Shown: one piece after another, positions 1 to 14,500 of the stretch
Numbering within the stretch: the first letter of the stretch is position 1
Layout of the letters: every line of letters starts with the position of its first letter
Assembly (NCBI GenBank): GCA_964016885.1
Contig: OZ024749.1
Coordinates: forward strand, 12,834,001 to 12,898,000
Source of the DNA: Eledone cirrhosa
Lineage: Eukaryota
Length of the DNA stretch: 64,000 nucleotides
Direction: 5' to 3'
The notes under the pieces: generated by a model
Databases searched by the model: none
What the model saw: the letters and a program-made list of their open reading frames with translations, nothing else
Told to the model about the DNA's origin: nothing
Position numbers and translations under genes: made by a program

Positions 1-1321
1 GTCCACTACACTGCTAGACATAAACTACCACCCAGTTTAACACCCCCATCTGGTCCTCGGCTGTCTTTAATAGAATCTAGTCCACTACACTGCTAGACAT
101 AAACCACCACCCAGTTTAACACCCCCATCTGGTCCTCGGCTGTCTTTAATAGAATCTAGTCCACTACACTGCTAAACATAAACCACCACCCAGTTTAACA
201 CCCCCATCTGGTCCTCGGCTGTCTTTAATGGAATCTAGTCCACTACACTGCTAGACATAAACCACCACCCAGTTTAACACCCCCATCTGGTCCTCGGCTG
301 TCTTTAATAGAATCTAGTCCACTACACTGCTAGACATAAACCACCACCCAGTTTAACACCCCCATCTGGTCCTCGGCTGTCTTTAATAGAATCTAGTCCA
401 CTACACTGCTAGACATAAACCACCACCCAGTTTAACACCCCCATCTGGTCCTCGGCTGTCTTTAATAGAATCTAGTCCACTACACTGCTAGACATAAACC
501 ACCACCCAGTTTAACACCCCCATCTGGTCCTCGGCTGTTTTTAATAGAATCTAGTCCACTACACTGCTAGACATAAACCACCACCCAGTTTAACACCCCC
601 ATCTGGTCCTCGGCTGTCTTTAATAGAATCTAGTCCACTACACTGCTAGACATAAACCACCACCCAGTTTAACACCCCCATCTGGTCCTCGGCTGTTTTT
701 AATAGAATCTAGTCCACTACACTGCTAGACATAAACCACCACCCAGTTTAACACCCCCATCTGGTCCTCGGCTGTCTTTAATAGAATCTAGTCCACTACA
801 CTGCTAGACATAAACCACCACCCAGTTTAACACCCCCATCTGGTCCTCGGCTGTCTTTAAAAGAATCTAGTCCACTACACTGCTAGACATAAACCACCAC
901 CCAGTTTAACACCCCCATCTGGTCCTCGGCTGTCTTTAAAAGAATCTAGTCCACTACACTGCTAGACATAAACCACCACCCAGTTTAACACCCCCATCTG
1001 GTCCTCGGCTGTCTTTAATAGAATCTAGTCCACTACACTGCTAAACATAAACCACCACCCAGTTTAACACCCCCATCTGGTCCTCGGCTGTCTTTAATGG
1101 AATCTAGTCCACTACACTGCTAGACATAAACCACCACCCTCTTTAACACCCCCATCTGGTCCTCGGCTGTCTTTCATAGAATCTAGTCCACTACACTACT
1201 AGACATAAACCACCACCTTGTTTAACACCCCCATCTGGTCCTCGGCTGTCTTTAATAGAATCTAGTCCACTACACTGCTAGACATAAACTACCACCCAGT
1301 TTAACACCCCCATCTGGTCCT
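1..1321. repeat. Copy A of a long-range duplicated block (about 16.7 monomers), identical to 62239-63559
   Basis: Same ordered rare variants in both copies: AAACTACC (monomer 1), GCTAAAC+AATGG (3), GTTTTT (7, 9), AAAAG (11, 12), GCTAAAC (14), CCCTCTTT+TTCAT (15), ACTACTAG+CCTTG (16), AAACTACC (17). Confidence 0.93.
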
Positions 1322-4300
1322 CGGCTGTCTTTAATAGAATCTAGTCCACTACACTGCTAGACATAAACCACCACCCAGTTTAACACCCCCATCTGGTCCT
1401 CGGCTGTCTTTAATAGAATCTAGTCCACTACACTGCTAGACATAAACCACCACCCAGTTTAACACCCCCATCTGGTCCTCGGCTGTCTTTAATAGAATCT
1501 AGTCCACTACACTGCTAGACATAAACCACCACCCAGTTTAACACCCCCATCTGGTCCTCGGCTGTCTTTAATAGAATCTAGTCCACTACACTGCTAGACA
1601 TAAACCACCACCCAGTTTAACACCCCCATCTGGTCCTCGGCTGTTTTTAATAGAATCTAGTCCACTACACTGCTAGACATAAACCACCACCCAGTTTAAC
1701 ACCCCCATCTGGTCCTCGGCTGTCTTTAATAGAATCTAGTCCACTACACCGCTAGAGATAAACCACCACACAGTTTAACACCCCCATCTGGTCCTCGGCT
1801 GTTTTTAATAGAATCTAGTCCACTACCCTGCTAGACATAAACCACCACCCAGTTTAACACCCCCATCTGGTCCTCGGCTGTCTTTAATAGAATCTAGTCC
1901 ACTACACTGCTAGACATAAACCACCACCCAGTTTAACACCCCCATCTGGTCCTCGGCTGTCTTTAAAAGAATCTAGTCCACTACACTGCTAGACATAAAC
2001 CACCACCCAGTTTAACACCCCCATCTGGTCCTTGGCTGTCTTTAATAGAATACAGTCCACTACACTGCTAGACATAAACCACCACCCAGTTTAACACCCC
2101 CATCTGGTCCTCGGCTGTCTTTAAAAGAATTTAGTCCACTACACTGCTAGACATAAAGCACCACCCAGTTTAACAACCCCATCTGGTCCTCGGCTGTCTT
2201 TAATAGAATCTAGTCCACTACACTGCTAGACATAAACCACCACCCAGTTTAACACCCCCATCTGGTCCTCGGCTGTCTTTAATAGAATCTAGTCCACTAC
2301 ACTGCTAGACATAAACCACCACCCAGTTTAACACCCCCATCTGGTCCTCGGCTGTCTTTAATAGAATCTAGTCCACTACACTGCTAGACATAAACCACCA
2401 CCCAGTTTAACACCCCCATCTAGTCCTCGGCTGTCTTTAAAAGAATCTAGTCCACTACACTGCTAGACATAAACCACCACCCAGTTTAACACCCCCATCT
2501 GGTCCTCGGCTGTCTTTAATAGAATCTAGTCCACTACACTGCTAGACATAAACCACCACCAAGTTTAAAACCCCCATCTAGTCCTCGGCTGTCTTTAAAA
2601 GAATCTAGTCCACTACACTGCTAGACATAAACCACCACCCAGTTTAACACCCCCATCTGGTCCTCGGCTGTCTTTAATAGAATCTAGTCCACTACACTGC
2701 TAGACATAAACCACCACCCAGTTTAACACCCCCACCTGGTCCTCGGCTGTCTTTAAAAGAATCTAGTCCACTACACTGCTAGATATAAACCACCACCCTG
2801 TTTAACACCCCCATCTGGTCCTCGGCTGTCGTTAAAAGAATCTAGTCCACTACACTGCTAGACATAAACCACCACCCAGTTTAACACCCCCATCTGGTCC
2901 TCGGCTGTCTTTAATAGAATCTAGTCCACTACACTGCTAGACATAAACCACCACCCAGTTTAACACCCCCATCTAGTCCTCGGCTGTCATTAATGGAATC
3001 TAGTCCACTACACTGCTAGACATAAACCACCACCCAGTTTAACACCCCCATCTGCTCCTCGGCTGTCTTTAGTGGAATCTAGTCCACTACACTGCTAGAC
3101 ATAAACCACCACCCAGTTTAACACCCCCATCTAGTCCTCGGCTGTCTTTAATGGAATCTAGTCCACTACACTGCTAGACATAAACCACCACCCAGTTTAA
3201 CACCCCCATCTGCTCCTCGGCTGTCTTTAATAGAATCTAGTCCACTACACTGCTAGACATAAACCACCACCCAGTTTAACACCCCCATCTAGTCCTCGGC
3301 TGTCTTTAATGGAATCTAGTCCACTACACTGCTGGACATAAACCACCACCCAGTGTAACACCCCCATCTGGTCCTCGGCTGTCTTTAATGGAATCTAGTC
3401 CACTACACTGCTAGACATAAACCACCACCCAGTTTAAGACCCCCATCCCGTCCTCGGCTGTCTTTAATAGAATCTAGTCCACTACACTGCTAGACATAAA
3501 CCACCACCCTGTTTAACACCCCCATCTGGTCCTCGGCTGTCTTTAATGGAATCTAGTCCACTACACTGCTAGACATAAACCACCACCCAGTTTAACACCC
3601 CCATCTAGTCCTCGGCTGTCTTTAATAGAATCTAGTCCACTACACTGCTAGACATAAACCACCACCCAGTTTAACACCCCCATCTGGTCCTCGGCTGTCT
3701 TTAAAAGAATCTAGTCCACTACACTGCTAGACATAAACCACCACCCAGTTTAACACCCCCATCTGGTCCTCGGCTGTCTTTAAAAGAATCTAGTCCACTA
3801 CACTGCTAGACATAAACCACCACCCAGTTTAACAACCCCATCTGGTCCTCGGCTGTCTTTAAAAGAATCTAGTCCACTACACTGCTAGATATAAACCACC
3901 ACCCAGTTTAACACCCCCATCTGGTCCTCGGCTGTCTTTAAAAGAATCTAGTCCACTACACTGCTAGACATAAACCAACACCCAGTTTAACACCCCCATC
4001 TGGTCCTCGGCTGTCTTTAAAAGAATCTAGTCCACTACACTGCTAGACATAAACAACCACCCTGTTTAACACCCCCATCTTGTGCTCGGCTGTCTTTAAT
4101 GGAATCTAGTCCACTACACTGCTAGACATAAACCACCACCCTGTTTAACACCCCCATCTGGTCCTCGGCTGTTTTTAATAGAATCTAGTCCACTACACTG
4201 CTAGACATAAAACACCACCCTGTTTAACACCCCCATCTGGTCCTCGGCTGTCTTTAATAGAATCTAGTCCACTACACTGCCAGACATAAACCACCACCTT

Positions 4301-7300
4301 GTTTAACACCCCCATCTGGTCCTCGGCTGTCTTTAATAGAATCTAGTCCACTACACTACTAGACATAAACCACCACCCTGTTTAACACCCCCATCTGGTC
4401 CTCGGCTGTCTTTAATAGAATCTAGTCCACTACACTGCTAGACATAAACCACCACCCAGTTTAACACCCCCATCTGGTCCTCGGCTGTCTTTAATAGAAT
4501 CTAGTCCACTACACTGCTAGACATAAACCACCACCCAGTTTAACACCCCCATCTGGTCCTCGCCTGTCTTTAATAGAATCTAGTCCACTACACTGCTAGA
4601 CATAAACCACCACCCAGTTTAACACCCCCATCTGGTCCTCGGCTGTCTTTAATAGAATCTAGTCCACTACACTGCTAGACATAAACCACCACCCAGTTTA
4701 ACACCCCCATCTGGTCCTCGGCTGTTTTTAATAGAATCTAGTCCACTACACTGCTAGACATAAAACACCACCCAGTTTAACACCCCCATCTGGTCCTCGG
4801 CTGTCTTTAATATAATCTAGTCCACTACACTGCTAGACATAAACCACCACCCAGTTTAACACCCCCATCTGGTCCTCGGCTGTTTTTAATAGAATCTAGT
4901 CCACTACCCTGCTAGACATAAACCACCACCCAGTTTAACACCCCCATCTGGTCCTCGGCTGTCTTTAATAGAATCTAGTCCACTACACTGCTAGACATAA
5001 ACCACCACCCAGTTTAACACCCCCATCTGGTCCTCGGCTGTCTTTAAAAGAATCTAGTCCACTACACTGCTAGACATAAACCACCACCCAGTTTAACACC
5101 CCCATCTGGTCCTTGGCTGTCTTTAATAGAATATAGTCCACTACACTGCTAGACATAAACCACCACCCTGTTTAACACCCCCATCTGGTCCTCGGCTGTC
5201 TTTAAAAGAATCTAGTCCACTACACTGCTAGACATAAACCACCACCCAGTTTAACACCCCCATCTGGTCCTCGGCTGTCTTTAAAAGAATCTAGTCCACT
5301 ACACTGCTAGACATAAACCACCACCCAGTTTAACACCCCGATCTTGTCCTCGGCTGTCTTTAAAAGAATCTAGTCCACTACACTGCTAGACATAAACCAC
5401 CACCCAGTTTAACAACCCCATCTGGTCCTCGGCTGTCTTTAAAAGAATCTAGTCCACTACACTGCTAGATATAAACCACCACCCAGTTTAACACCCCCAT
5501 CTGGTCCTCGGCTGTCTTTAAAAGAATCTAGTCCACTACACTGCTAGACATAAACCAACACCCAGTTTAACACCCCCATCTGGTCCACGGCTGTCTTTAA
5601 AAGAATCTAGTCCACTACACTGCTAGACATAAACCACCACCCTGTTTAACACCCCATCTGGTCCTCGGCTGTTTTTAATAGAACCTAGTCCACTACACTG
5701 CTAGATATAAACCACCACCCAGTTTAACACCCCCATCTGGTCCTCGGCTGTCTTTAAAAGAATCTAGTCCACTACACTGGTAGACATAAACCAACACCCA
5801 GTTTAACACCCCCATCTGGTCCTCGGCTGTTTTTAATAGAATCTAGACCACTACACTGCTAGACATAAACCACCACCCAGTTTAACACCCCCATCTGGTC
5901 CTCGGCTGTCTTTAATAGAATCTAGTCCACTACACTGCTAGACATAAACCACCACCCAGTTTAACACCCCCATCTGGTCCTCGGCTGTCTTTAAAAGAAT
6001 CTAGTCCACTACACTGCTAGATATAAACCACCACCCAGTTTAACACCCCCATCTGGTCCTCGGCTGTCTTTAAAAGAATCTAGTCCACTAAACTGCTAGA
6101 CATAAACCACCACCCAGTTTAACACCCCCATCTGGTCCTCGGCTGTCTTTAATAGAATCTAGTCCACTACACTGCTAGACATAAACCACCACCCAGTTTA
6201 ACACCCCCATCTAGTCCTCGGCTGTCATTAATGGAATCTAGTCCACTACACTGCTAGACATAAACCACCACCCAGTTTAACACCCCCATCTAGTCCTCGG
6301 CTGTCTTTAATCGAATCTAGTCCACTAAACTGCTAGACATAAACCACCACCCAGTTTAACACCCCCATCTAGTCCTCGGCTGTCTTTAATGGAATCTAGT
6401 CCACTACACTGCTAGACATAAACCACCACCCTGTTTAACACCCCCATCTGGTCCTCGGCTGTCTTTAATGGAATCTAGTCCACTACACTGCTAGACATAA
6501 ACTACCACCCAGTTTAACACCCCCATCTGGTCCTCGGCTGCCTTTAATAGAATCTAGTCCACTACACTGCTAGACATAAACTACCACACAGTTTAACACC
6601 CCCATCTGGTCCTCGGCTGTCTTTAATAGAATCTAGTCCACTACACTGCTAGACATAAACCACCACCCAGTTTAACACCCCCATCTGGTCCTCGGCTGTC
6701 TTTAATAGAATCTAGTCCACTACACTGCTAGACATAAACCACCACCCAGTTTAACACCCCCATCTGGTCCTCGGCTGTCTTTAATAGAATCTAGTCCACT
6801 ACACTGCTAGACATAAACCACCACCCAGTTTAACACCCCCATCTGGTCCTCGGCTGTTTTTAATAGAATCTAGTCCACTACACTGCTAGGCATAAACCAC
6901 CACCCATTTTAACACCCCCATCTGGTCCTCGGCTGTCTTTAATAGAATCTAGTCCACTACACTGCTAGACATAAACCACCACCCTGTTTAACACCCCCAT
7001 CTGGTCCTCGGCTGTCTTTAATAGAATCTAGTCCACTACACTGCTAGACATAAACCACCACCCAGTTTAACACCCTCATCTGGTCCTCGGCTGTCTTTAA
7101 AAGAATCTAGTCCACTACACTGCTAGATATAAACCACCACCCAGTTTAACACCCCCATCTGGTCCTCGGCTGTCTATAAAAGAATCTAGTCCACTACACT
7201 GCTAGATATAAACCACCACCCAGTTTAACACCCCCATCTGGTCCTCGGCTGTCTTTAAAAGAATCTAGTCCACTACACTGCTAGATATAAACCACCACCC

Positions 7301-8569
7301 AGTTTAACACCCCCATCTGGTCCTCGGCTGTCTTTAAAAGAATCTAGTCCACTACACTGCTAGATATAAACCACCACCCAGTTTAACACCCCCATCTGGT
7401 CCTCGGCTGTCTTTAAAAGAATCTAGTCCACTACACTGCTAGACATAAACCACCACCCAGTTTAACACCCCCATCTGGTCCTCGGCTGTCTTTAATGGAA
7501 TCTAGTCCACTACACTGCTAGACATAAACCACCACCCAGTTTAACACCCCCATCTAGTCCTCGGCTGTCTTTAATGGAATCTAGTCCACTACACTGCTAG
7601 ACATAAACCACCACCCAGTTTAACACCCCCATCTGCTCCTCGGCTGTCTTTAATAGAATCTAGTCCACTACACTGCTAGACATAAACCACCACCCAGTTT
7701 AACACCCCCATCTGCTCCGCGGCTCTCTTTAATAGAATCTAGTCCACTACACTGCTAGACATAAACCACCACCCAGTGTAACACCCCCATCTAGTCCTCG
7801 GCTGTCTTTAATGGAATCTAGTCCACTACACTGCTAGACATAAACCACCACCCTGTTTAACACCCCCATCTGGTCCTCGGCTGTCTTTAATGGAATCTAG
7901 TCCACTACACTGCTAGACATAAACCACCACCCAGTTTAACCCCCCCATCTTGTCCTCGGCTGTCTTTAAAAGAATCTAGTCCACTACACTGCTAGACATA
8001 AACCACCACCCAGTTTAACAACCCCATCTGGTCCTCGGCTGTCTTTAAAAGAATCTAGTCTACTACACTGCTAGATATAAACCACCACCCAGTTTAACAC
8101 CCCCATCTGGTCCTCGGCTGTCTTTAAAAGAATCTAGTCCACTACACTGCTAGACATAAACTACCACACAGTTTAACACCCCCATCTGGTCCTCGGCTGC
8201 CTTTAATAGAATCTAGTCCACTACACTGCTAGACATAAACCACCACCCAGTTGAACACCCCCATCTGGTCCTCGGCTGTCTTTAAAAGAATCTAGTCCAC
8301 TACACTGCTAGACATAAACCACCACCCAGTTTAACACCCCCATCTGGTCCTTGGCTGTCTTTAAAAGAATCTAGTCCACTACACTGCTAGACATCAACCA
8401 CCACCCAGTTTAACACCCCCATCTAGTCCTCGGCTGTCTTTAATGGAATCTAGTCCACTACACTGCTAGACATTAACCACCACCCTGTTTAACACCCCAT
8501 CTAGTCCTCGGCTGTCTTTAATAGAATCTAGTCCACTACACTGCCAGACATAAACCACCACCCTGTTTA

Positions 8570-11500
8570 ACACCCCCATCCGGTCCTCGGCTGTCTTTAA
8601 TAGAATCTAGTCCACTACACTGCTAGACATAAACCACCACCCAGTTTAACACCCCCATCTAGTCCTCGGCTGTCTTTAATAGAATCTAGTCCACTACACT
8701 GCTAGACATAAACCACCACCCAGTTTAACACCCCCATCTGGTCCTCGGCTGTCTTTAAATGAATCTAGTCCACTACACTGCTAGACATCAACCACCACCC
8801 AGTTTAACACCCCCATCTAGTCCTCGGCTGTCTTTAATGGAATCTAGTCCACTACACTGCTAGACATAAACCACCACCCAGTTTAACACCCCCATCTAGT
8901 CCTCGGCTGTCTTTAATGGAATCTAGTCCACTACACTGCTAGACATAAACCACCACCCAGTTTAACACCCCCATCTGGTCCTCGGCTGTCTTTAATGGAA
9001 TCTAGTGCACTACACTGCTAGATATAAACCACCACCCAGTTTAACACCCCCATCTGGTCCTCGGCTGTCTTTAATAGAATCTAGTCCACTACACTGCTAG
9101 ACATAAACCACCACCCAGTTTAACACCCCCATCTGGTCCTCGGCTGTCTTTAATGGAATCTAGTCCACTACACTGCTAGACATAAACCACCACCCAGTTT
9201 AACACCCCCATCTAGTCCTCGGCTGTCTTTAATAGAATCTAGTCCACTACACTGCTAGACATAAACCACCACCCAGTTTAACACCCCCATGTGGTCCTCG
9301 GCAGTCTTTAATAGAATCTAGTCCACTACACAGCTAGACATAAACCACCACCCAGTTTAACACCCCCATCCTGTCCTCGGCTGTCTTTAATGGAATCTAG
9401 TCCACTACACTACTGGACATAAACCACCACCCAGTTTAACACCCCCATCTAGTCCTCGGCTGTCTTTAATAGAATCTTGTCCACTACACTGCTAGACATA
9501 AACCACCACCCAGTTTAACATCACCATCCGGTCCTCGGCTGTCTTTAATGGAATCTAGTCCACTACACTGCTGGACATAAACCACCACCCAGTTTAACAC
9601 CCCCATCTAGTCCTCGGCTGTCTTTAATAGAATCTAGTCCACTACACTGCTAGACATAAACCACCACCCTGTTTAACACCCCCATCTGGTCCTCGGCTGT
9701 CTTTAATGGAATCTAGTCCACTACACTGCTAGACATAAACCACCACCCAGTTTAACACCCCCATCTAGTCCTCGGCTGTCTTTAATAGAATCTAGTCCAC
9801 TACACTGCTAGACATAAACCACCACCCAGTTTAACACACCCATCTGGTCCTCGGCTGTCTTTAAAAGAATCTAGTCCACTACACTGCTAGACATCAACCA
9901 CCACCCAGTTTAACAACCCCATCTAGTCCTCGGCTGTCTTTAATGGAATCTAGTCCACTACACTGCTAGACATAAACCACCACCCTGTTTAACACCCCAT
10001 CTAGTCCTCGGCTGTCTTTAATAGAATCTAGTCCACTACACTGCCAGACATAAACCACCACCCTGTTTAACACCCCCATCTGGTCCTCGGCTGGCTTTAA
10101 TATAATCTAGTCCACTACACTGCCAGACATAAACCACCACCCAGTTTAACACCCCCATCTAGTACTCGGCTGTCTTTAATGGAATCTAGTCCACACACTG
10201 CTAGACATAAACCACCACCCAGTTTAACACCCCCATCTAGTCCTCGGCTGTCTTTAATAGAATCTAGTCCACTACACTGCTAGACATAAACCACCACCCA
10301 GTTTAACACCCCCATCTGCTCCTCGGCTGTCTTTAATAGAATCTAGTCCACTACACTGCTAGACATAAACCACCACCCAGTTTAACACCCCCATCTAGTC
10401 CTCGGCTGTCTTTAATGGAATCTAGTCCACTACACTGCTAGACATAAACCACCACCCAGTTTAACACCCCCATCTAGTCCTCGGCTGTCTTTAATAGAAT
10501 CTAGTCCACTACACTGCTAGACATAAACCACCACCCAGTTTAACACCCCCATCTAGTCCTCGGCTGTCTTTAATGGAATCTAGTCCACTACACTGCTAGA
10601 CATAAACCACCACCCAGTTTAACACCCCCATCTAGTCCTCGGCTGTCTTTAATAGAATCTAGTCCACTACACTGCTAGACATAAACCACCACCCAGTTTA
10701 ACACCCCCATCCGGTCCTCGGCTGTCTTTAATAGAATCTAGTCCACTACACTGCTAGACATAAACCACCACCCAGTTTAACACCCCCATCCGGTCCTCGG
10801 CTGTCTTTAATAGAATCTAGTCCACTACACTGCTAGACATAAACCACCACCCAGTTTAACACCCCCATCCGGTCCTCGGCTGTCTTTAATAGAATCTAGT
10901 CTACTACACTGCTAGACATAAACCACCACCCAGTTTAACACCCACATCCGGTCCTCGGCTGTCTTTAATAGAATCTAGTCTACTACACTGCTAGACATAA
11001 ACCACCACCCAGTTTAACACCCCCATCCGGTCCTCGGCTGTCTTTAATAGAATCTAGTCCACTACACTGCTAGACATAAACCACCACCCAGTTTAACACC
11101 CCCATCCGGTCCTCGGCTGTCTTTAATAGAATCTAGTCCACTACACTGCTAGACATAAACCACCACCCAGTTTAACACCCCCATCTGGTCCTCGGCTGTC
11201 TTTAATAGAATCTAGTCCACTACACTGCTAGACATAAACCACCACCCAGTTTAACACCCCCATCCGGTCCTCGGCTGTCTTTAATAGAATCTAGTCCACT
11301 ACACTGCTAGACATAAACCACCACCCAGTTTAACACCCCCATCTGGTCCTCGGCTGTCTTTAATGGAATCTAGTCCACTACACTGCTAGATATAAACCAC
11401 CACCCAGTTTAACACCCCCATCTGGTCCTCGGCTGTCTTTAATAGAATCTAGTCCACTACACTGCTAGACATAAACCACCACCCAGTTTAACACCCCCAT

Positions 11501-14500
11501 CTGGTCCTCGACTGTCTTTAATAGAATCTAGTCCACTACACTGCTAGACATAAACCACCACCCAGTTTAACACCCCCATCCGGTCCTCGGCTGTCTTTAA
11601 TAGAATCTAGTCCACTACACTGCTAGACATAAACCACCACCCAGTTTAACACCCCCATCCGGTCCTCGGCTGTCTTTAATAGAATCTAGTCCACTACACT
11701 GCTAGACATAAACCACCACCCAGTTTAACACCCCCATCTAGTCCTCGGCTGTCTTTAATAGAATCTAGTCCACTACACTGCTAGACATAAACCACCACCC
11801 AGTTTAACACCCCCATCTGGTCCTCGGCTGTCTTTAAATGAATCTAGTCCACTACACTGCTAGACATCAACCACCACCCAGTTTAACACCCCCATCTAGT
11901 CCTCGGCTGTCTTTAATAGAATCTAGTCCACTACACTGCTAGACATAAACCACCACCCAGTTTAACACCCCCATCTGGTCCTCGGCTGTCTTTAATGGAA
12001 TCTAGTCCACTACACTGCTAGATATAAACCACCACCCAGTTTAACACCCCCATCTGGTCCTCGGCTGTCTTTAATAGAATCTAGTCCACTACACTGCTAG
12101 ACATAAACCACCACCCAGTTTAACACCCCCATCTGGTCCTCGACTGTCTTTAATAGAATCTAGTCCACTACACTGCTAGACATAAACCACCACCCAGTTT
12201 AACACCCCCATCCGGTCCTCGGCTGTCTTTAATAGAATCTAGTCCACTACACTGCTAGACATAAACCACCACCCAGTTTAACACCCCCATCCGGTCCTCG
12301 GCTGTCTTTAATAGAATCTAGTCCACTACACTGCTAGACATAAACCACCACCCAGTTTAACACCCCCATCTAGTCCTCGGCTGTCTTTAATAGAATCTAG
12401 TCCACTACACTGCTAGACATAAACCACCACCCAGTTTAACACCCCCATCTGGTCCTCGGCTGTCTTTAAATGAATCTAGTCCACTACACTGCTAGACATC
12501 AACCACCACCCAGTTTAACACCCCCATCTAGTCCTCGGCTGTCTTTAATGGAATCTAGTCCACTACACTGCTAGACATAAACCACCACCCAGTTTAACAC
12601 CCCCATCTAGTCCTCGGCTGTCTTTAATGGAATCTAGTCCACTACACTGCTAGACATAAACCACCACCCAGTTTAACACCCCCATCTGGTCCTCGGCTGT
12701 CTTTAATGGAATCTAGTGCACTACACTGCTAGATATAAACCACCACCCAGTTTAACACCCCCATCTGGTCCTCGGCTGTCTTTAATAGAATCTAGTCCAC
12801 TACACTGCTAGACATAAACCACCACCCAGTTTAACACCCCCATCTGGTCCTCGGCTGTCTTTAATGGAATCTAGTCCACTACACTGCTAGACATAAACCA
12901 CCACCCAGTTTAACACCCCCATCTAGTCCTCGGCTGTCTTTAATAGAATCTAGTCCACTACACTGCTAGACATAAACCACCACCCAGTTTAACACCCCCA
13001 TGTGGTCCTCGGCAGTCTTTAATAGAATCTAGTCCACTACACAGCTAGACATAAACCACCACCCAGTTTAACACCCCCATCCTGTCCTCGGCTGTCTTTA
13101 ATGGAATCTAGTCCACTACACTACTGGACATAAACCACCACCCAGTTTAACACCCCCATCTAGTCCTCGGCTGTCTTTAATAGAATCTTGTCCACTACAC
13201 TGCTAGACATAAACCACCACCCAGTTTAACATCACCATCCGGTCCTCGGCTGTCTTTAATGGAATCTAGTCCACTACACTGCTGGACATAAACCACCACC
13301 CAGTTTAACACCCCCATCTAGTCCTCGGCTGTCTTTAATAGAATCTAGTCCACTACACTGCTAGACATAAACCACCACCCTGTTTAACACCCCCATCTGG
13401 TCCTCGGCTGTCTTTAATGGAATCTAGTCCACTACACTGCTAGACATAAACCACCACCCAGTTTAACACCCCCATCTAGTCCTCGGCTGTCTTTAATAGA
13501 ATCTAGTCCACTACACTGCTAGACATAAACCACCACCCAGTTTAACACACCCATCTGGTCCTCGGCTGTCTTTAAAAGAATCTAGTCCACTACACTGCTA
13601 GACATCAACCACCACCCAGTTTAACAACCCCATCTAGTCCTCGGCTGTCTTTAATGGAATCTAGTCCACTACACTGCTAGACATAAACCACCACCCTGTT
13701 TAACACCCCATCTAGTCCTCGGCTGTCTTTAATAGAATCTAGTCCACTACACTGCCAGACATAAACCACCACCCTGTTTAACACCCCCATCTGGTCCTCG
13801 GCTGGCTTTAATATAATCTAGTCCACTACACTGCCAGACATAAACCACCACCCAGTTTAACACCCCCATCTAGTACTCGGCTGTCTTTAATGGAATCTAG
13901 TCCACACACTGCTAGACATAAACCACCACCCAGTTTAACACCCCCATCTAGTCCTCGGCTGTCTTTAATAGAATCTAGTCCACTACACTGCTAGACATAA
14001 ACCACCACCCAGTTTAACACCCCCATCTGCTCCTCGGCTGTCTTTAATAGAATCTAGTCCACTACACTGCTAGACATAAACCACCACCCAGTTTAACACC
14101 CCCATCTAGTCCTCGGCTGTCTTTAATGGAATCTAGTCCACTACACTGCTAGACATAAACCACCACCCAGTTTAACACCCCCATCTAGTCCTCGGCTGTC
14201 TTTAATAGAATCTAGTCCACTACACTGCTAGACATAAACCACCACCCAGTTTAACACCCCCATCTAGTCCTCGGCTGTCTTTAATGGAATCTAGTCCACT
14301 ACACTGCTAGACATAAACCACCACCCAGTTTAACACCCCCATCTAGTCCTCGGCTGTCTTTAATAGAATCTAGTCCACTACACTGCTAGACATAAACCAC
14401 CACCCAGTTTAACACCCCCATCCGGTCCTCGGCTGTCTTTAATAGAATCTAGTCCACTACACTGCTAGACATAAACCACCACCCAGTTTAACACCCCCAT

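Noticed and set aside
36-70. Two TTAA sites per monomer as piggyBac/Kolobok target sites, or a MITE origin
   Set aside because: No terminal inverted repeats, insertions or transposase sequence. A 4-mer alone is not evidence.
1-79. Tandem tRNA, 5S or snRNA gene array (tRNA-like length)
   Set aside because: No cloverleaf, no GTTCRA B-box or T-loop, and no recognisable 5S, spliced-leader or snRNA motif on either strand.
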